Position numbers and translations under genes: made by a program. A stretch of DNA of 64,000 bases from Gemmatimonadota bacterium (GTDB lineage: Bacteria; Gemmatimonadota; Gemmatimonadetes; Gemmatimonadales; GWC2-71-9): positions 2,808 to 66,807 of the forward strand of contig QHVB01000033.1 of assembly GCA_003222195.1 (NCBI GenBank). Direction: 5' to 3'. This document shows, in pieces, positions 47,395 through 56,352 of this stretch. The notes under the pieces were generated by a model that saw only the letters and a list, made by a program, of their open reading frames with translations, searched no databases and had not been told where the DNA came from. Numbering within the stretch: position 1 is the stretch's first letter; every line of letters starts with the position of its first letter.

Positions 47395-48911
47395 GCGCGT
47401 ATCGCGTCGGGGTGGCGGAACGCCGTCGTAAGCGCCCCGTATGCCACCCCAAAGATACCCAGCACGGCAATGCCTTGAGGAATCGGTCGCCAGCCGGCGA
47501 CGAGGCGCCCGGCGGCCATGCCGAGCAGGGCGGCGATCAGCGCGGCGGCGACGACCAGAGCGAGGGTGCGCCAATCGGTGCGCTGTAGGATCGTGCCGAT
47601 GCGTTTGTCGAGGTCGTAGAGGTGCAGCACCGTGTTGAACGTACCGCCGATCGATGAGCCGAGCGCGATCCCCGCCGGGCCCAAGCGGCGCATGAAAAAC
47701 CACGACAAGAGCGCTGAGATCACCAGCGACGTGATCGCGATCCGCACCGGCGTCCGGGTGTCGCGCATCGCGTAGAATCCGGACGCGAACAGCTTCACCG
47801 TCGACTGGCCAAGGAGTCCGATGCCGTAGGCGGCCAGCACGCCGCCGACGAGCATCGTGTCGTCCGCATCGAAGCGGCCGGTCTGGAAGAGCGCGCCGAT
47901 GATCTGCGGGCCGAGCGCGGTAAACGCGAACGCCGCTGGAATCACGAAGAACGCGATGCGGCGAAAACCGACGGCGATGCGAGCGCGCAGCTGCTCATTG
48001 GCGGCTTCGGCGATCGCGTCGCGGGAGAGATCGGGTAGGGCCACCGCCGTCACCGCCACGCCGAACAGGCTGATCGGCAAGACCTGCACCAGCTGAGCGT
48101 AGCCCAGGCTCGCGAGCCCGCCCTCCCCCGTGAAAGAGCCGAGGAAGGTGTCGATGAGACCGGACAGTTGCGCGACGCCTGCCCCGATCAGGAGCGGCAG
48201 CCACGCGGTGATCACCTGCCGCACACCCTCGGGGGCAAGGCTCACGCGCAGTGGAATGCCTCCGAGCAGCCGCCAGCACGTCGGCAGCTGGATGGCGATC
48301 TGCAGCACGCTGCCCACGACCGTCCCCCAGGCGAGCGCGAGCGAGAGACCGTACAGCCCCTCCCCTTTCAACCATGTGGCTGCCCCGACCATCGCCGCGA
48401 TACCGGCGATGTTCCACAGCGCGGGCGCGGCGTACGGGAGGAAAAACCGCCGGTGGGTGTTGAGGATGCCGAGGCACCACGCCGAGACGACCATGAGGCC
48501 GGTCATCGGGAACAGGATGCGGACGAGAACGGTCGTGAGCTCGCGCCGGGGTGCGTCGAAGCCCTGGGCGACGGCAGCAGTGATCGCGGGGGCAAACGCG
48601 ATACCAATTACGGCCAGGATCCCGCTCGCGAGCAGCAGCAGCCCGAGGATCGCGCCGGCTAATGCGCGTGCCGCATCCTTATTCTGTTCATCGAGTCGTG
48701 CGTAAACTGGGATGAATGAGGCGGAGAGTGTCCCCTCGCCGAGCAGATTGCGGAGTGCGTTGGGAATGCGGAGCGCGGCCCGAAAGGCGTCGGCGGCAGC
48801 GCCGTTGCCGAAGTAATGCGCAAAGACGCGCTCGCGGACATAGCCGAGGACGCGGGTGACGAAGATGCCGGCCGCCACACGCGCCGCGTGACGACCACTG
48901 CCACCTTTCAA
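47361..48911 (-). CDS. murJ: Lipid II flippase MurJ/MviN
   Basis: TTG start in a TTGA overlap. Features are TRVLGYVRERVFAHYFG and FRIPNALRNLLGEG. ~14 TM helices. Confidence 0.9.
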   Translation of the reverse strand: MKGGSGRHAARVAAGIFVTRVLGYVRERVFAHYFGNGAAADAFRAALRIPNALRNLLGEGTLSASFIPVYARLDEQNKDAARALAGAILGLLLLASGILAVIGIAFAPAITAAVAQGFDAPRRELTTVLVRILFPMTGLMVVSAWCLGILNTHRRFFLPYAAPALWNIAGIAAMVGAATWLKGEGLYGLSLALAWGTVVGSVLQIAIQLPTCWRLLGGIPLRVSLAPEGVRQVITAWLPLLIGAGVAQLSGLIDTFLGSFTGEGGLASLGYAQLVQVLPISLFGVAVTAVALPDLSRDAIAEAANEQLRARIAVGFRRIAFFVIPAAFAFTALGPQIIGALFQTGRFDADDTMLVGGVLAAYGIGLLGQSTVKLFASGFYAMRDTRTPVRIAITSLVISALLSWFFMRRLGPAGIALGSSIGGTFNTVLHLYDLDKRIGTILQRTDWRTLALVVAAALIAALLGMAAGRLVAGWRPIPQGIAVLGIFGVAYGALTTAFRHPDAIRAWQSLTGSPAS

Positions 48912-49180
48912 GACGTGGGTTTCTTGCGGCGAGGGTCTTCCAGCAGGCGCTGCATGAATTGCAGCTCTTCCCGCATCCCCGAAACCGAGCGGGTCAGGTC
49001 TTCGAGTTCCGTCTCGAGCATTTCGACCTTGCGCTGCACGTCGCGCAGCTCCGGCGGTGTAGCGCCGCCCTCACGCCCTTCCATCCGCCGGGCGACCGAC
49101 TTGCCGAGCGGCGAGTCGACCAGAATCGCCGCGACCGGAATCAGCAGCGCCACAATCAGAATTACGGCGAGTACCCACAT
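48908..49180 (-). CDS. Small membrane protein (single TM + coiled coil; PspB-like architecture)
   Basis: ATG 49180 gives MWVLAVILIVALLIPVAAILV, followed by a charged helical tail (VEMLETELEDLTRSVSGMREELQFMQRLLEDP). No family-level assignment. Confidence 0.5.
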   Translation of the reverse strand: MWVLAVILIVALLIPVAAILVDSPLGKSVARRMEGREGGATPPELRDVQRKVEMLETELEDLTRSVSGMREELQFMQRLLEDPRRKKPTS

Positions 49181-49190
49181 GGATCGGATT

Positions 49191-50627
49191 TTAGAGACCC
49201 GCGGCCCAGCGCGCCACCTCGGCGTCGATGTCGTCCAGCAGCGCCCCACCGTACCGCGCCAGGAATGACGAGACCGTGAGCACCCGCTCCTGCGGCTTGC
49301 CGCCGGGAGCGAGTGCCGCACGCACCCGCGTGAGCTGGCCCAGGAGCGTCCCCTGCGAGCGCTTCAGACTGGCGACGAGCTTCCTCTCGATTTCGTTCGT
49401 GCCGGCCAGCGCCGCGTTGCGCGCCGATTGCACCGTGCGCTCCAGCGTCGGATCGAGCTGCTGGACCTCGCCGCTGATGCGCGCGTACCGCGCTTCGACG
49501 TCCTGGCGAAGCTCCTGCAGCGTCGCGGCGAGATCGGGCGGAAGGTCGGCCTGCACGAACCGCGCTTCGAGCGCTCCGGGCGGGCCGTTGAAGTCGGCGG
49601 GCGTGAGACCGTGCTTGCTCAGCACCTTGTCGACGCGCGCTTCGATGATCAGTCCCGACCAGCGCGGGACCCGCGCCTGTGGCGCGACGCCGAGCTTCGA
49701 GAACAACGGCGCGGAGTCCTGCAGGTAGTCCATCTCGCCCGGTCCGCCGACGTAGGCGAGCGTCGGGAAGAGTGCGGCCTCGATCACGGGGCGCAGCAGC
49801 ACGTTGGGAGACAGCCGTTCGGGCGTCTCGGCCGCGATCTGCTCCAGCTGCGCCCGCGAGAATCGCTCGGCGCTGCGCCGCGTGACGAAGTCGCTGCCCT
49901 CCTGGCGCAGCCGGTCTCGACCGAGCCGTCCTTCGACCAGGACCGGCGTGAGCCCGTCGTCCAGCGTCTCATCCAGCGCCCGCAGGAGCCACGGCGCGGC
50001 GGCGCGTTTGGCGTTGCGATCGTGCGCGCGAAACACCGCAAGTCCCCCCCCCTCGCCGCGCGCGCCAAGCAGCCGGTGCAATGCGTCGGCGCCCGCATCG
50101 GCCAGGTTCGTGTCCGGACGGTAGCTCATCTCGAGCCACTGCCGCATTTCCGGCTTGCACTCGGAATCGGGGAGCGCGGTATCGAAGGCGGTGAGGGCGG
50201 CCTCGATGTCGCCGCCGAGCTGCTCGCGAAACAGCGGCAGCTGCGGGGCCTCATGCGCCCGCTCGCGCAGCACGATCTTCACCGGCTCGCCGTCGCGACC
50301 CAGCACCCAGGCATGATTCGCCTCGGCGAAATCGTGATCGTCGCCCGCCACCCAGAACACCGGCACGACCGGCACACCGCGCTCCGTCTCGAGCCGGCGC
50401 GCCAACGCGATCGCCGAGAGGGCCTTGTGAATCGTGTAGAGCGGACCGGTAAACAGCCCGGGCTGCTGTCCCGTAGTCACCGCCAGCACTTCGCCGCGCG
50501 CGAGGCGGTCCCGGCCGGGCCCCGGAAGGACGGCCGCCAGCACGTCAGCAGCGATATGGCGCGGTTTGCCAGCGGGGATCGGCTCCGCCGCGGCGGGAAT
50601 GGGCGTGGAGAGAATGCGCGCGATCAT
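49191..50627 (-). CDS. bshC: Bacillithiol biosynthesis cysteine-adding enzyme BshC (UPF0747/YllA family)
   Basis: Carries the TGQQPGLFTGPLYTIHKALSAIALA and FWVAGDDHDF signature motifs. Confidence 0.8.
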   Translation of the reverse strand: MIARILSTPIPAAAEPIPAGKPRHIAADVLAAVLPGPGRDRLARGEVLAVTTGQQPGLFTGPLYTIHKALSAIALARRLETERGVPVVPVFWVAGDDHDFAEANHAWVLGRDGEPVKIVLRERAHEAPQLPLFREQLGGDIEAALTAFDTALPDSECKPEMRQWLEMSYRPDTNLADAGADALHRLLGARGEGGGLAVFRAHDRNAKRAAAPWLLRALDETLDDGLTPVLVEGRLGRDRLRQEGSDFVTRRSAERFSRAQLEQIAAETPERLSPNVLLRPVIEAALFPTLAYVGGPGEMDYLQDSAPLFSKLGVAPQARVPRWSGLIIEARVDKVLSKHGLTPADFNGPPGALEARFVQADLPPDLAATLQELRQDVEARYARISGEVQQLDPTLERTVQSARNAALAGTNEIERKLVASLKRSQGTLLGQLTRVRAALAPGGKPQERVLTVSSFLARYGGALLDDIDAEVARWAAGL

Positions 50628-51343
50628 GCGCGGGCGGCCACCAGGATCACGCGCGGAGCCGTGGGGCCGGCCGGAGCTCCATCGTAATCGCCGAACCGCG
50701 CCACGACCCCCAGCCCCGCGTTCAGCAGCAGCGCCGCCAGCTCGGCGGCGTCATCGAGCCGAACGCGCTCTTGAAACCGGCGCCCCTCATCGCGCAGCTC
50801 GATTTCCTTGATCACGAAGCGGTCGGCGCTGTCGATGCGGCGCGTCACGAGCACATCGCGGCCCTGTGCCTGCTCCGTGATTCGGAGGCGGAGGGTGCGT
50901 CGCACGTGCTCCGCATTGAGATAGTCGAGCACGAAGGAGCCGCCCGGGGACAGCGCGGCCACCACCTGTTGGACCACACGCCGGTGTTCGTCATCGTCCA
51001 AAAAGTAACCAAATGAGGTGAAGAGATTGACGGCGAGCGCGAAGCTCCCCGCGCGAAACGGCAACGCCCGCATGTCTCCACGCACGAGATCCACGCGGCT
51101 CCGCTCACGCGCGCGTCGCAACATGGCGCGCGACAGATCGAACCCGACCACTCGCCCGCCCCAGCGCGCCAGCTCGGCGGCGTGCCGGCCCGGCCCGCAG
51201 GCGAGATCCAGGATGCGATCGCCGTCGCGCCAGGTGACGACACTCCGGATCAGCGCCACCGCGCGGCGCGCGTCCTCGTCGTCGCGGTGCGGATAGAGGT
51301 CATGGTACTCCTCACCGAACCACTGCTCGAACCACTCCGTCAT
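50624..51343 (-). CDS. Class I SAM-dependent methyltransferase
   Basis: Motif I is ILDLACGPGRH. ATGA overlaps join it to both neighbours. Confidence 0.8.
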   Translation of the reverse strand: MTEWFEQWFGEEYHDLYPHRDDEDARRAVALIRSVVTWRDGDRILDLACGPGRHAAELARWGGRVVGFDLSRAMLRRARERSRVDLVRGDMRALPFRAGSFALAVNLFTSFGYFLDDDEHRRVVQQVVAALSPGGSFVLDYLNAEHVRRTLRLRITEQAQGRDVLVTRRIDSADRFVIKEIELRDEGRRFQERVRLDDAAELAALLLNAGLGVVARFGDYDGAPAGPTAPRVILVAARA

Positions 51344-51777
51344 TCGACGAAGACGTCCGCGGTGAACGTGAAGACCTGGGTGGCTGGTTCCCGCCAGCTG
51401 CCGGGCGGTAACCCCGCTTTGCGACAGACCGCGTTGAGAAAGGCCTCGGCGGTGAACCCCTGCTCCGTCGCCACCTGCGGCAGCAACAGGCCCTGCGCGT
51501 GGCCGCGCCGCACCAGCAGGCCGTCACGCCCGATCACGAGACGGCACAGGTCGGCGGGCTCCACGGGCACCGGCTCGGCCAGCACCGAGATCTCGATCCG
51601 CAGCGCGGACAGCTCGGCGAGCTCGACGGGTGGAAACCGCGGATCGGACCGAGCCGCGGACACGGCAACCTGCCGGATCACCTCGCCGAGCGGCCGGTCG
51701 TCACTGATGTGGCCGATGCAGCCGCGGAGGTCGTGCGTCGCCTCCTCTTCCAGCGTCACGAACGCTCCGCGGCGCAA
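51340..51777 (-). CDS. AMMECR1 domain protein (5' end probably extends upstream to ~51906)
   Basis: LRGCIGH and GLLLPQVA motifs are present. The TTG at 51777 truncates the family-typical N-terminal helix (LLALARRAIEAAL), which is encoded in frame upstream without any ATG, GTG or TTG. Confidence 0.8.
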   Translation of the reverse strand: MRRGAFVTLEEEATHDLRGCIGHISDDRPLGEVIRQVAVSAARSDPRFPPVELAELSALRIEISVLAEPVPVEPADLCRLVIGRDGLLVRRGHAQGLLLPQVATEQGFTAEAFLNAVCRKAGLPPGSWREPATQVFTFTADVFVE

Positions 51778-51892
51778 CAGCGCGCCGGGGACATCCGGCA
51801 GTTCAGGGGGGGTTCGGCCGCAGAGTGCGGCTTCGATGGCGCGCCGCGCCAGCGCGAGCAGCGCGGCGCGATCGACCGGCGTAAGGAAAGAC

Positions 51893-52312
51893 TCAGCCGC
51901 GATGATACTTCTCTCCGCGCCGGATCGTGTGCGCGCGGTAGAGTTGCTCGTACAGCACGACGCGTGCGATCTCGTGCGGAAGTGTCAGCGGCCCCAGGCT
52001 CCAACGCCGCTCCGCGCGGTCCAGCACGTCGGCCGGAAGGCCCTCCGCGTCGCCGATCACGAACGTGACGTCGCGACCCTCCATCTCCCAGCGGCCGACG
52101 AGCTCCGCAAGCTGTAACGAGCTCCAGCCCTCCCCTCGCGCCGTCAGCGCAATCACCCGCGACTTCTCGGGGATGCGCGTCACGGTACCTTCCTGTTCCT
52201 CGATTTTGGCGTAGTGCCGAATCCGGGTCAGGTACTCGTCACAAGCTGCCCGGAGCGCCGCGCTCTTCATGCGGCTTCGCTTCCCGCCCAGGGCGACGAC
52301 GTGATAGCGCAT
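51893..52312 (-). CDS. rlmH: 23S rRNA (pseudouridine1915-N3)-methyltransferase RlmH (SPOUT)
   Basis: 139 aa. VIGDAEGL and the C-terminal LPHEIARVVLYEQLYRA...YHR region are present. Confidence 0.88.
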   Translation of the reverse strand: MRYHVVALGGKRSRMKSAALRAACDEYLTRIRHYAKIEEQEGTVTRIPEKSRVIALTARGEGWSSLQLAELVGRWEMEGRDVTFVIGDAEGLPADVLDRAERRWSLGPLTLPHEIARVVLYEQLYRAHTIRRGEKYHRG

Positions 52313-53601
52313 CAGGCATACATGCCGCGCAACCGGTGCATCGCCGCCACGCGGTCCACGGCGACGATGTACGAGGCGATCCGGTTCGCTACTTTGTAGC
52401 GCGACGCCATCGCCATGACTTCGCCGAAGGAGCGCACGAGAATCGCCTCGAGGCGCCGGTTGACCGTCTCCTCATCCCAGAAATAGCCGCCGCGATCCTG
52501 CACCCATTCGAAATAGCTCACCGTCACGCCGCCGGCATTCGCGAGGATGTCGGGAATCACGAACACGCCCTTGTCCTCGAGAATCTTGTCCGCTGCCGCG
52601 CTCGTGGGACCGTTCGCGCCTTCGCAGATGATCTTGGCTTTGATGTGGGGGGCATTCTTGCGGGTGATCACATTCTCGGTCGCGGCGGGAATCAACACCT
52701 CGCAGTCGACGGTCAAGACCTGTTCGTGCGAGATCGTTTCGGCCTTCGTGTACCCGGCGAGCTGGCGACGCTCCTTGACCCATTTCAGGAGCTCCTGCAC
52801 GTCGAGACCTTGCGGATTGTACAGCGCGGTCGACTTGTCCGAGACGGCGACGATGACCGCCCCCTCTTTTGCCATGAGGTCGGCGGCGATCGATCCCACG
52901 TTGCCGAACCCCTGCACCGCGATGCGAGCACCCTTGAAGCTCATCCCCAGCTTCGCCAGCGCCTCGCGCGTGACAATCATGCAGCCGCGCCCTGTCGCCT
53001 CGCGCCGCCCGAGTGAGCCACCCATCTCGACCGGCTTCCCCGTCACGACCGCGGTCACGGTGTGGCGCTTGTGCATGGAATAGGTATCCATGATCCACGC
53101 CATCACGCGCTCGTTCGTATTCACGTCAGGCGCGGGAACGTCCGAGTCGGGTCCCAGGATCTCGATGATGCTCGACGTGTAGCGGCGTGTCACCCGCTCC
53201 AACTCGCCCATCGACATAGTGCTCGGGTCGCACACCACACCGCCCTTCGAGCCCCCGAACGGGATGTTCACGAGAGCGCACTTCCAGGTCATCCACGCGG
53301 CCAGCGCCTTCACCTCTTCGAGCGTCACGTTGAGGTCGAAGCGGATGCCGCCCTTGGCCGGTCCGCGCGAGGTGTTGTAGAGCACGCGATAGCCGGTGTA
53401 GACCTCGACTTCGCCGCTGTCGCGCAGGATCGGAACGGATACGATGATCTGTTTTTCGGGATTGCGAAGCACCTTGTAGAGACCACGATCCAGGTTGAGC
53501 AGCTTCGCGGCATGGTCGAAGCGCTCCATCATCGCCTCGAAGGGATTCTCCTCGGCGAGAAAGGTCTGTTTGTCAGGACGGATAATCGCCGGTTCGCTCA
53601 T
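52312..53601 (-). CDS. gdhA: Glutamate dehydrogenase (Glu/Leu/Phe/Val dehydrogenase family)
   Basis: ATG 53601 lies in an ATGA overlap with lpxK. Features are the PFGGSKGG catalytic-Lys motif and the GFGNVG dinucleotide fold. Confidence 0.92.
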   Translation of the reverse strand: MSEPAIIRPDKQTFLAEENPFEAMMERFDHAAKLLNLDRGLYKVLRNPEKQIIVSVPILRDSGEVEVYTGYRVLYNTSRGPAKGGIRFDLNVTLEEVKALAAWMTWKCALVNIPFGGSKGGVVCDPSTMSMGELERVTRRYTSSIIEILGPDSDVPAPDVNTNERVMAWIMDTYSMHKRHTVTAVVTGKPVEMGGSLGRREATGRGCMIVTREALAKLGMSFKGARIAVQGFGNVGSIAADLMAKEGAVIVAVSDKSTALYNPQGLDVQELLKWVKERRQLAGYTKAETISHEQVLTVDCEVLIPAATENVITRKNAPHIKAKIICEGANGPTSAAADKILEDKGVFVIPDILANAGGVTVSYFEWVQDRGGYFWDEETVNRRLEAILVRSFGEVMAMASRYKVANRIASYIVAVDRVAAMHRLRGMYA

Positions 53602-54614
53602 GCCATCCTTTTCAGGATCCCTTCCAGGACCTGTTCGACGCCATCGCCATTGAGTTCCCACCGCACCGCCAGCTGCGCGACCAGGGGCTCGGGCGCGTCC
53701 GCCGGCCAGCGCCCCCGGAGCTTCACCGCGTCCTTCTCGGTGACTACAACATAATCGGCGTCCTTTGCGGCCTGCGCGAGCCGGGCGACGTCCCCGGGGG
53801 GATACGCGTGATGGTCTTGATACGCCGTCAGTTGCACGCTGGCCCCAAATGCCCGCACCTGCGCCGCGAAGCTGACGGGATCGGCGATCCCGGCGGCCAC
53901 CACCACCTGCTTTTTCGCGAGGGCCGACAGCTCGACGCGCCGGCCGGACTTGAGTCCCGCCAATCCGTCGAGCGCGAGGTGCACGGCGGCGACGACCGCG
54001 GTCGGCCAGCGCGCCGCGATGCGCCCCGCCAGGGCGCGCGATTCGGCGACCGCAGCACGACGCCGCGTGACGACGATGACATCAGCGCGGCCCAGTGCGC
54101 TCCAATCCTCGCGCCACGGCCCGGCCGGCAGCGGCCAAGCGACGTGGCGGGGCGGCGAGCTCTCGGTGCTCACGACGGCAATATTGACGTCGCGGCCCAC
54201 GTTGAGGCGCTGATATGCATCATCGAGCACGAGCACACGTGCTCCCTGCGCGCGGGCGTCCTCGGCACCAGCCAGCCGATTGGGATTGGCGACGACGATC
54301 GCCCGCGGCACCAGCCGCTGGTGCACCGCCTGCTCATCGCCACGGTAGCCGCGCAGGAGGATGCCGGGCCGGGCCCCTCGCCCCGCAAAAAACGCCGCCG
54401 TCCACGCTGCGAGCGGCGTCTTTCCCGCTCCGCCGACGGCGAGATTCCCGATCGCGACCGCCGGCAACGGCAGCCGCCGCTGCCGCAACCAGCCTTTCTC
54501 GTACGCGCTCGCGCGCGCGCTCATGACGGTGCGGTACGCAAAGGCGAACGGCAGCAAGACGCCGCGCGCGACGCGCGCCGGCGCCGCACCGCTCCACCAG
54601 AGCCACTGTGCCAT
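53598..54614 (-). CDS. lpxK: Tetraacyldisaccharide 4'-kinase
   Basis: ATG 54614. P-loop is GNLAVGGAGKTP. Features include LLRGYRG and the DDAYQ motif. Confidence 0.88.
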   Translation of the reverse strand: MAQWLWWSGAAPARVARGVLLPFAFAYRTVMSARASAYEKGWLRQRRLPLPAVAIGNLAVGGAGKTPLAAWTAAFFAGRGARPGILLRGYRGDEQAVHQRLVPRAIVVANPNRLAGAEDARAQGARVLVLDDAYQRLNVGRDVNIAVVSTESSPPRHVAWPLPAGPWREDWSALGRADVIVVTRRRAAVAESRALAGRIAARWPTAVVAAVHLALDGLAGLKSGRRVELSALAKKQVVVAAGIADPVSFAAQVRAFGASVQLTAYQDHHAYPPGDVARLAQAAKDADYVVVTEKDAVKLRGRWPADAPEPLVAQLAVRWELNGDGVEQVLEGILKRMA

Positions 54615-54625
54615 CCCCTGCGCGT

Positions 54626-55252
54626 TCACGAGGTGCCCATGACGTCGTGCAAGCTGCGCACCACCGCGTCCATCCCGCGCCGCAAGCCGTCCTTCCCCGC
54701 GCCGATCTCGATGGGCGGCGCGTAGCGCACCTCGATCGCGGCAAACGGTTTGGGAATGCACATGCGGTCCCAGGAGCGGAGATACCAGGCGGACGATGAT
54801 CGCGCGCCGACAGCGATGATCGGCGCACCGGCGTGCTGCGCCGCGGCAATCGCGCCGGGCTGCACGCGCTCCGCCGGTCCGCGCGGCCCATCGGGCGTGA
54901 TCGCGACCACGGCACCGCCCTCGAGCGCCCGAACGACTCCCAGGAGCCCGGCCTCCCCACCCCGCTGCGTGGATCCACGGACCGAGCGGTACCCCCAGCG
55001 CGCCCCCACGTCCGCCAGATAGCCGCCGTCGCGATGGCGGCTGATGAGCATGACGACGTCTTCGCCGCGATGGCGATACAGCAGCGGCAGGATACGGCTG
55101 TGCCACAGCACGAACACGAACGGGCGCCGCATGCCGCGTAGCGCCCGTACGTGTTCGTATCCGCTCACGCGATAGCGCCACGTGGCTGCGAGCGCGCGAA
55201 TCAGCGCCGATCCCGCCCGCGCCGCGATCGGCTCCGCCCAGCGCAACTTCAT
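54626..55252 (-). CDS. DUF374 / lysophospholipid acyltransferase-like protein
   Basis: ATG 55252 lies in an ATGA overlap with lpxB. Features are WHSR, ITPDGPRGP and AG(A)PII. Confidence 0.78.
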   Translation of the reverse strand: MKLRWAEPIAARAGSALIRALAATWRYRVSGYEHVRALRGMRRPFVFVLWHSRILPLLYRHRGEDVVMLISRHRDGGYLADVGARWGYRSVRGSTQRGGEAGLLGVVRALEGGAVVAITPDGPRGPAERVQPGAIAAAQHAGAPIIAVGARSSSAWYLRSWDRMCIPKPFAAIEVRYAPPIEIGAGKDGLRRGMDAVVRSLHDVMGTS

Positions 55253-56352
55253 TCGATCAGTCCAGCGGCGAGCTCGGCGACCCGATCCGCCGCGCCCGGC
55301 GCACCCAGGCGATCGCGCACCAGACGCAATCCCTCGCGCTGGCGGCGCGTGGCGGGATGGTCGGCGTCGAGCAGCGGCAGCACACCATCGGCGAGCGATT
55401 CGGCCGTGGCGCGGCGCTGCAGGAACTCGGGCGCGACCTCGTACCCCGCCACCAGATTGACCAGACCCACCCACGGCACCTGTACCAACCGGAACGCGAT
55501 GTAGGACGAGATGGGATGCACGCGGTACGTGATGACCATCGGCACATCGGCGATGGCGGCCTCGAGCGTCGTCGTACCGGACTTGCAGATCCCCGCGTCG
55601 GACGCGGCGAAGACGAGCAGCGGATCGCCTTGGTGCACGCGGATCGCACCAGGCTCCGGGTACTCGGCGTCGGATGTCCCGGCGGCGACGATCTGCATGT
55701 CGGGGCGCGCCGCCGCGACGCGAGCCGCCGCGGCGCGAAAGATGCCCCAGTGGCGCTTGACCTCCTGCTTGCGGCTCCCCGGAAACAGGCCGAGCGTCGG
55801 CCGCTGCGGATCGAGTCCGAGCGCCCGGCGCGCCTCGGCGCGGGACGGCGGGGCGGGCCGGTCCTTGAGGGGATGGCCCACGAAGGTCGCCGCCACCCCG
55901 CGCTCCCGAAAGAACGCCTCTTCGAACGGCAGGATCACCGCCAGGCGATTCACCGGCGCGAGCTTGCGCACGCGCTTCGGTCCCCAGGCCCACATCTGCG
56001 GCGCGATGTAGTACAACACGGGAATGCCGGCAGCGGCGGCGGCCGCCGCCACGCGAAGGTGATAGCCCGGATAGTCCACGAGGATCACCAGATCGTAGCG
56101 CTTTGCCTGAAACGCGCGCCGCATCCTGCTGAGCAACCGGTAATGCGCGGGAATCTTGGCGATCGCTTCGACGAATCCCACGACCGAGTATGCTTCCATG
56201 CGGTCGAGCACGCGGACCCCCGCGCGCTCGAGCAGCGGACCGCCCAGCGCTTCGAGCTCGAGTCCGGGGAGGCGGCGGCGCAGGGCATGCGCCACCGCGG
56301 CGGCATGCGCGTCGGCCGATGGCTCGCCGGCCGAGATGTAGATCCGCGTCAC
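55249..56352 (-). CDS. lpxB: Lipid-A-disaccharide synthase
   Basis: Features are IYISAGEPSAD, YYIAPQMWAWG and ICKSGTTTLEAA. Confidence 0.93.
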   Translation of the reverse strand: MTRIYISAGEPSADAHAAAVAHALRRRLPGLELEALGGPLLERAGVRVLDRMEAYSVVGFVEAIAKIPAHYRLLSRMRRAFQAKRYDLVILVDYPGYHLRVAAAAAAAGIPVLYYIAPQMWAWGPKRVRKLAPVNRLAVILPFEEAFFRERGVAATFVGHPLKDRPAPPSRAEARRALGLDPQRPTLGLFPGSRKQEVKRHWGIFRAAAARVAAARPDMQIVAAGTSDAEYPEPGAIRVHQGDPLLVFAASDAGICKSGTTTLEAAIADVPMVITYRVHPISSYIAFRLVQVPWVGLVNLVAGYEVAPEFLQRRATAESLADGVLPLLDADHPATRRQREGLRLVRDRLGAPGAADRVAELAAGLIE

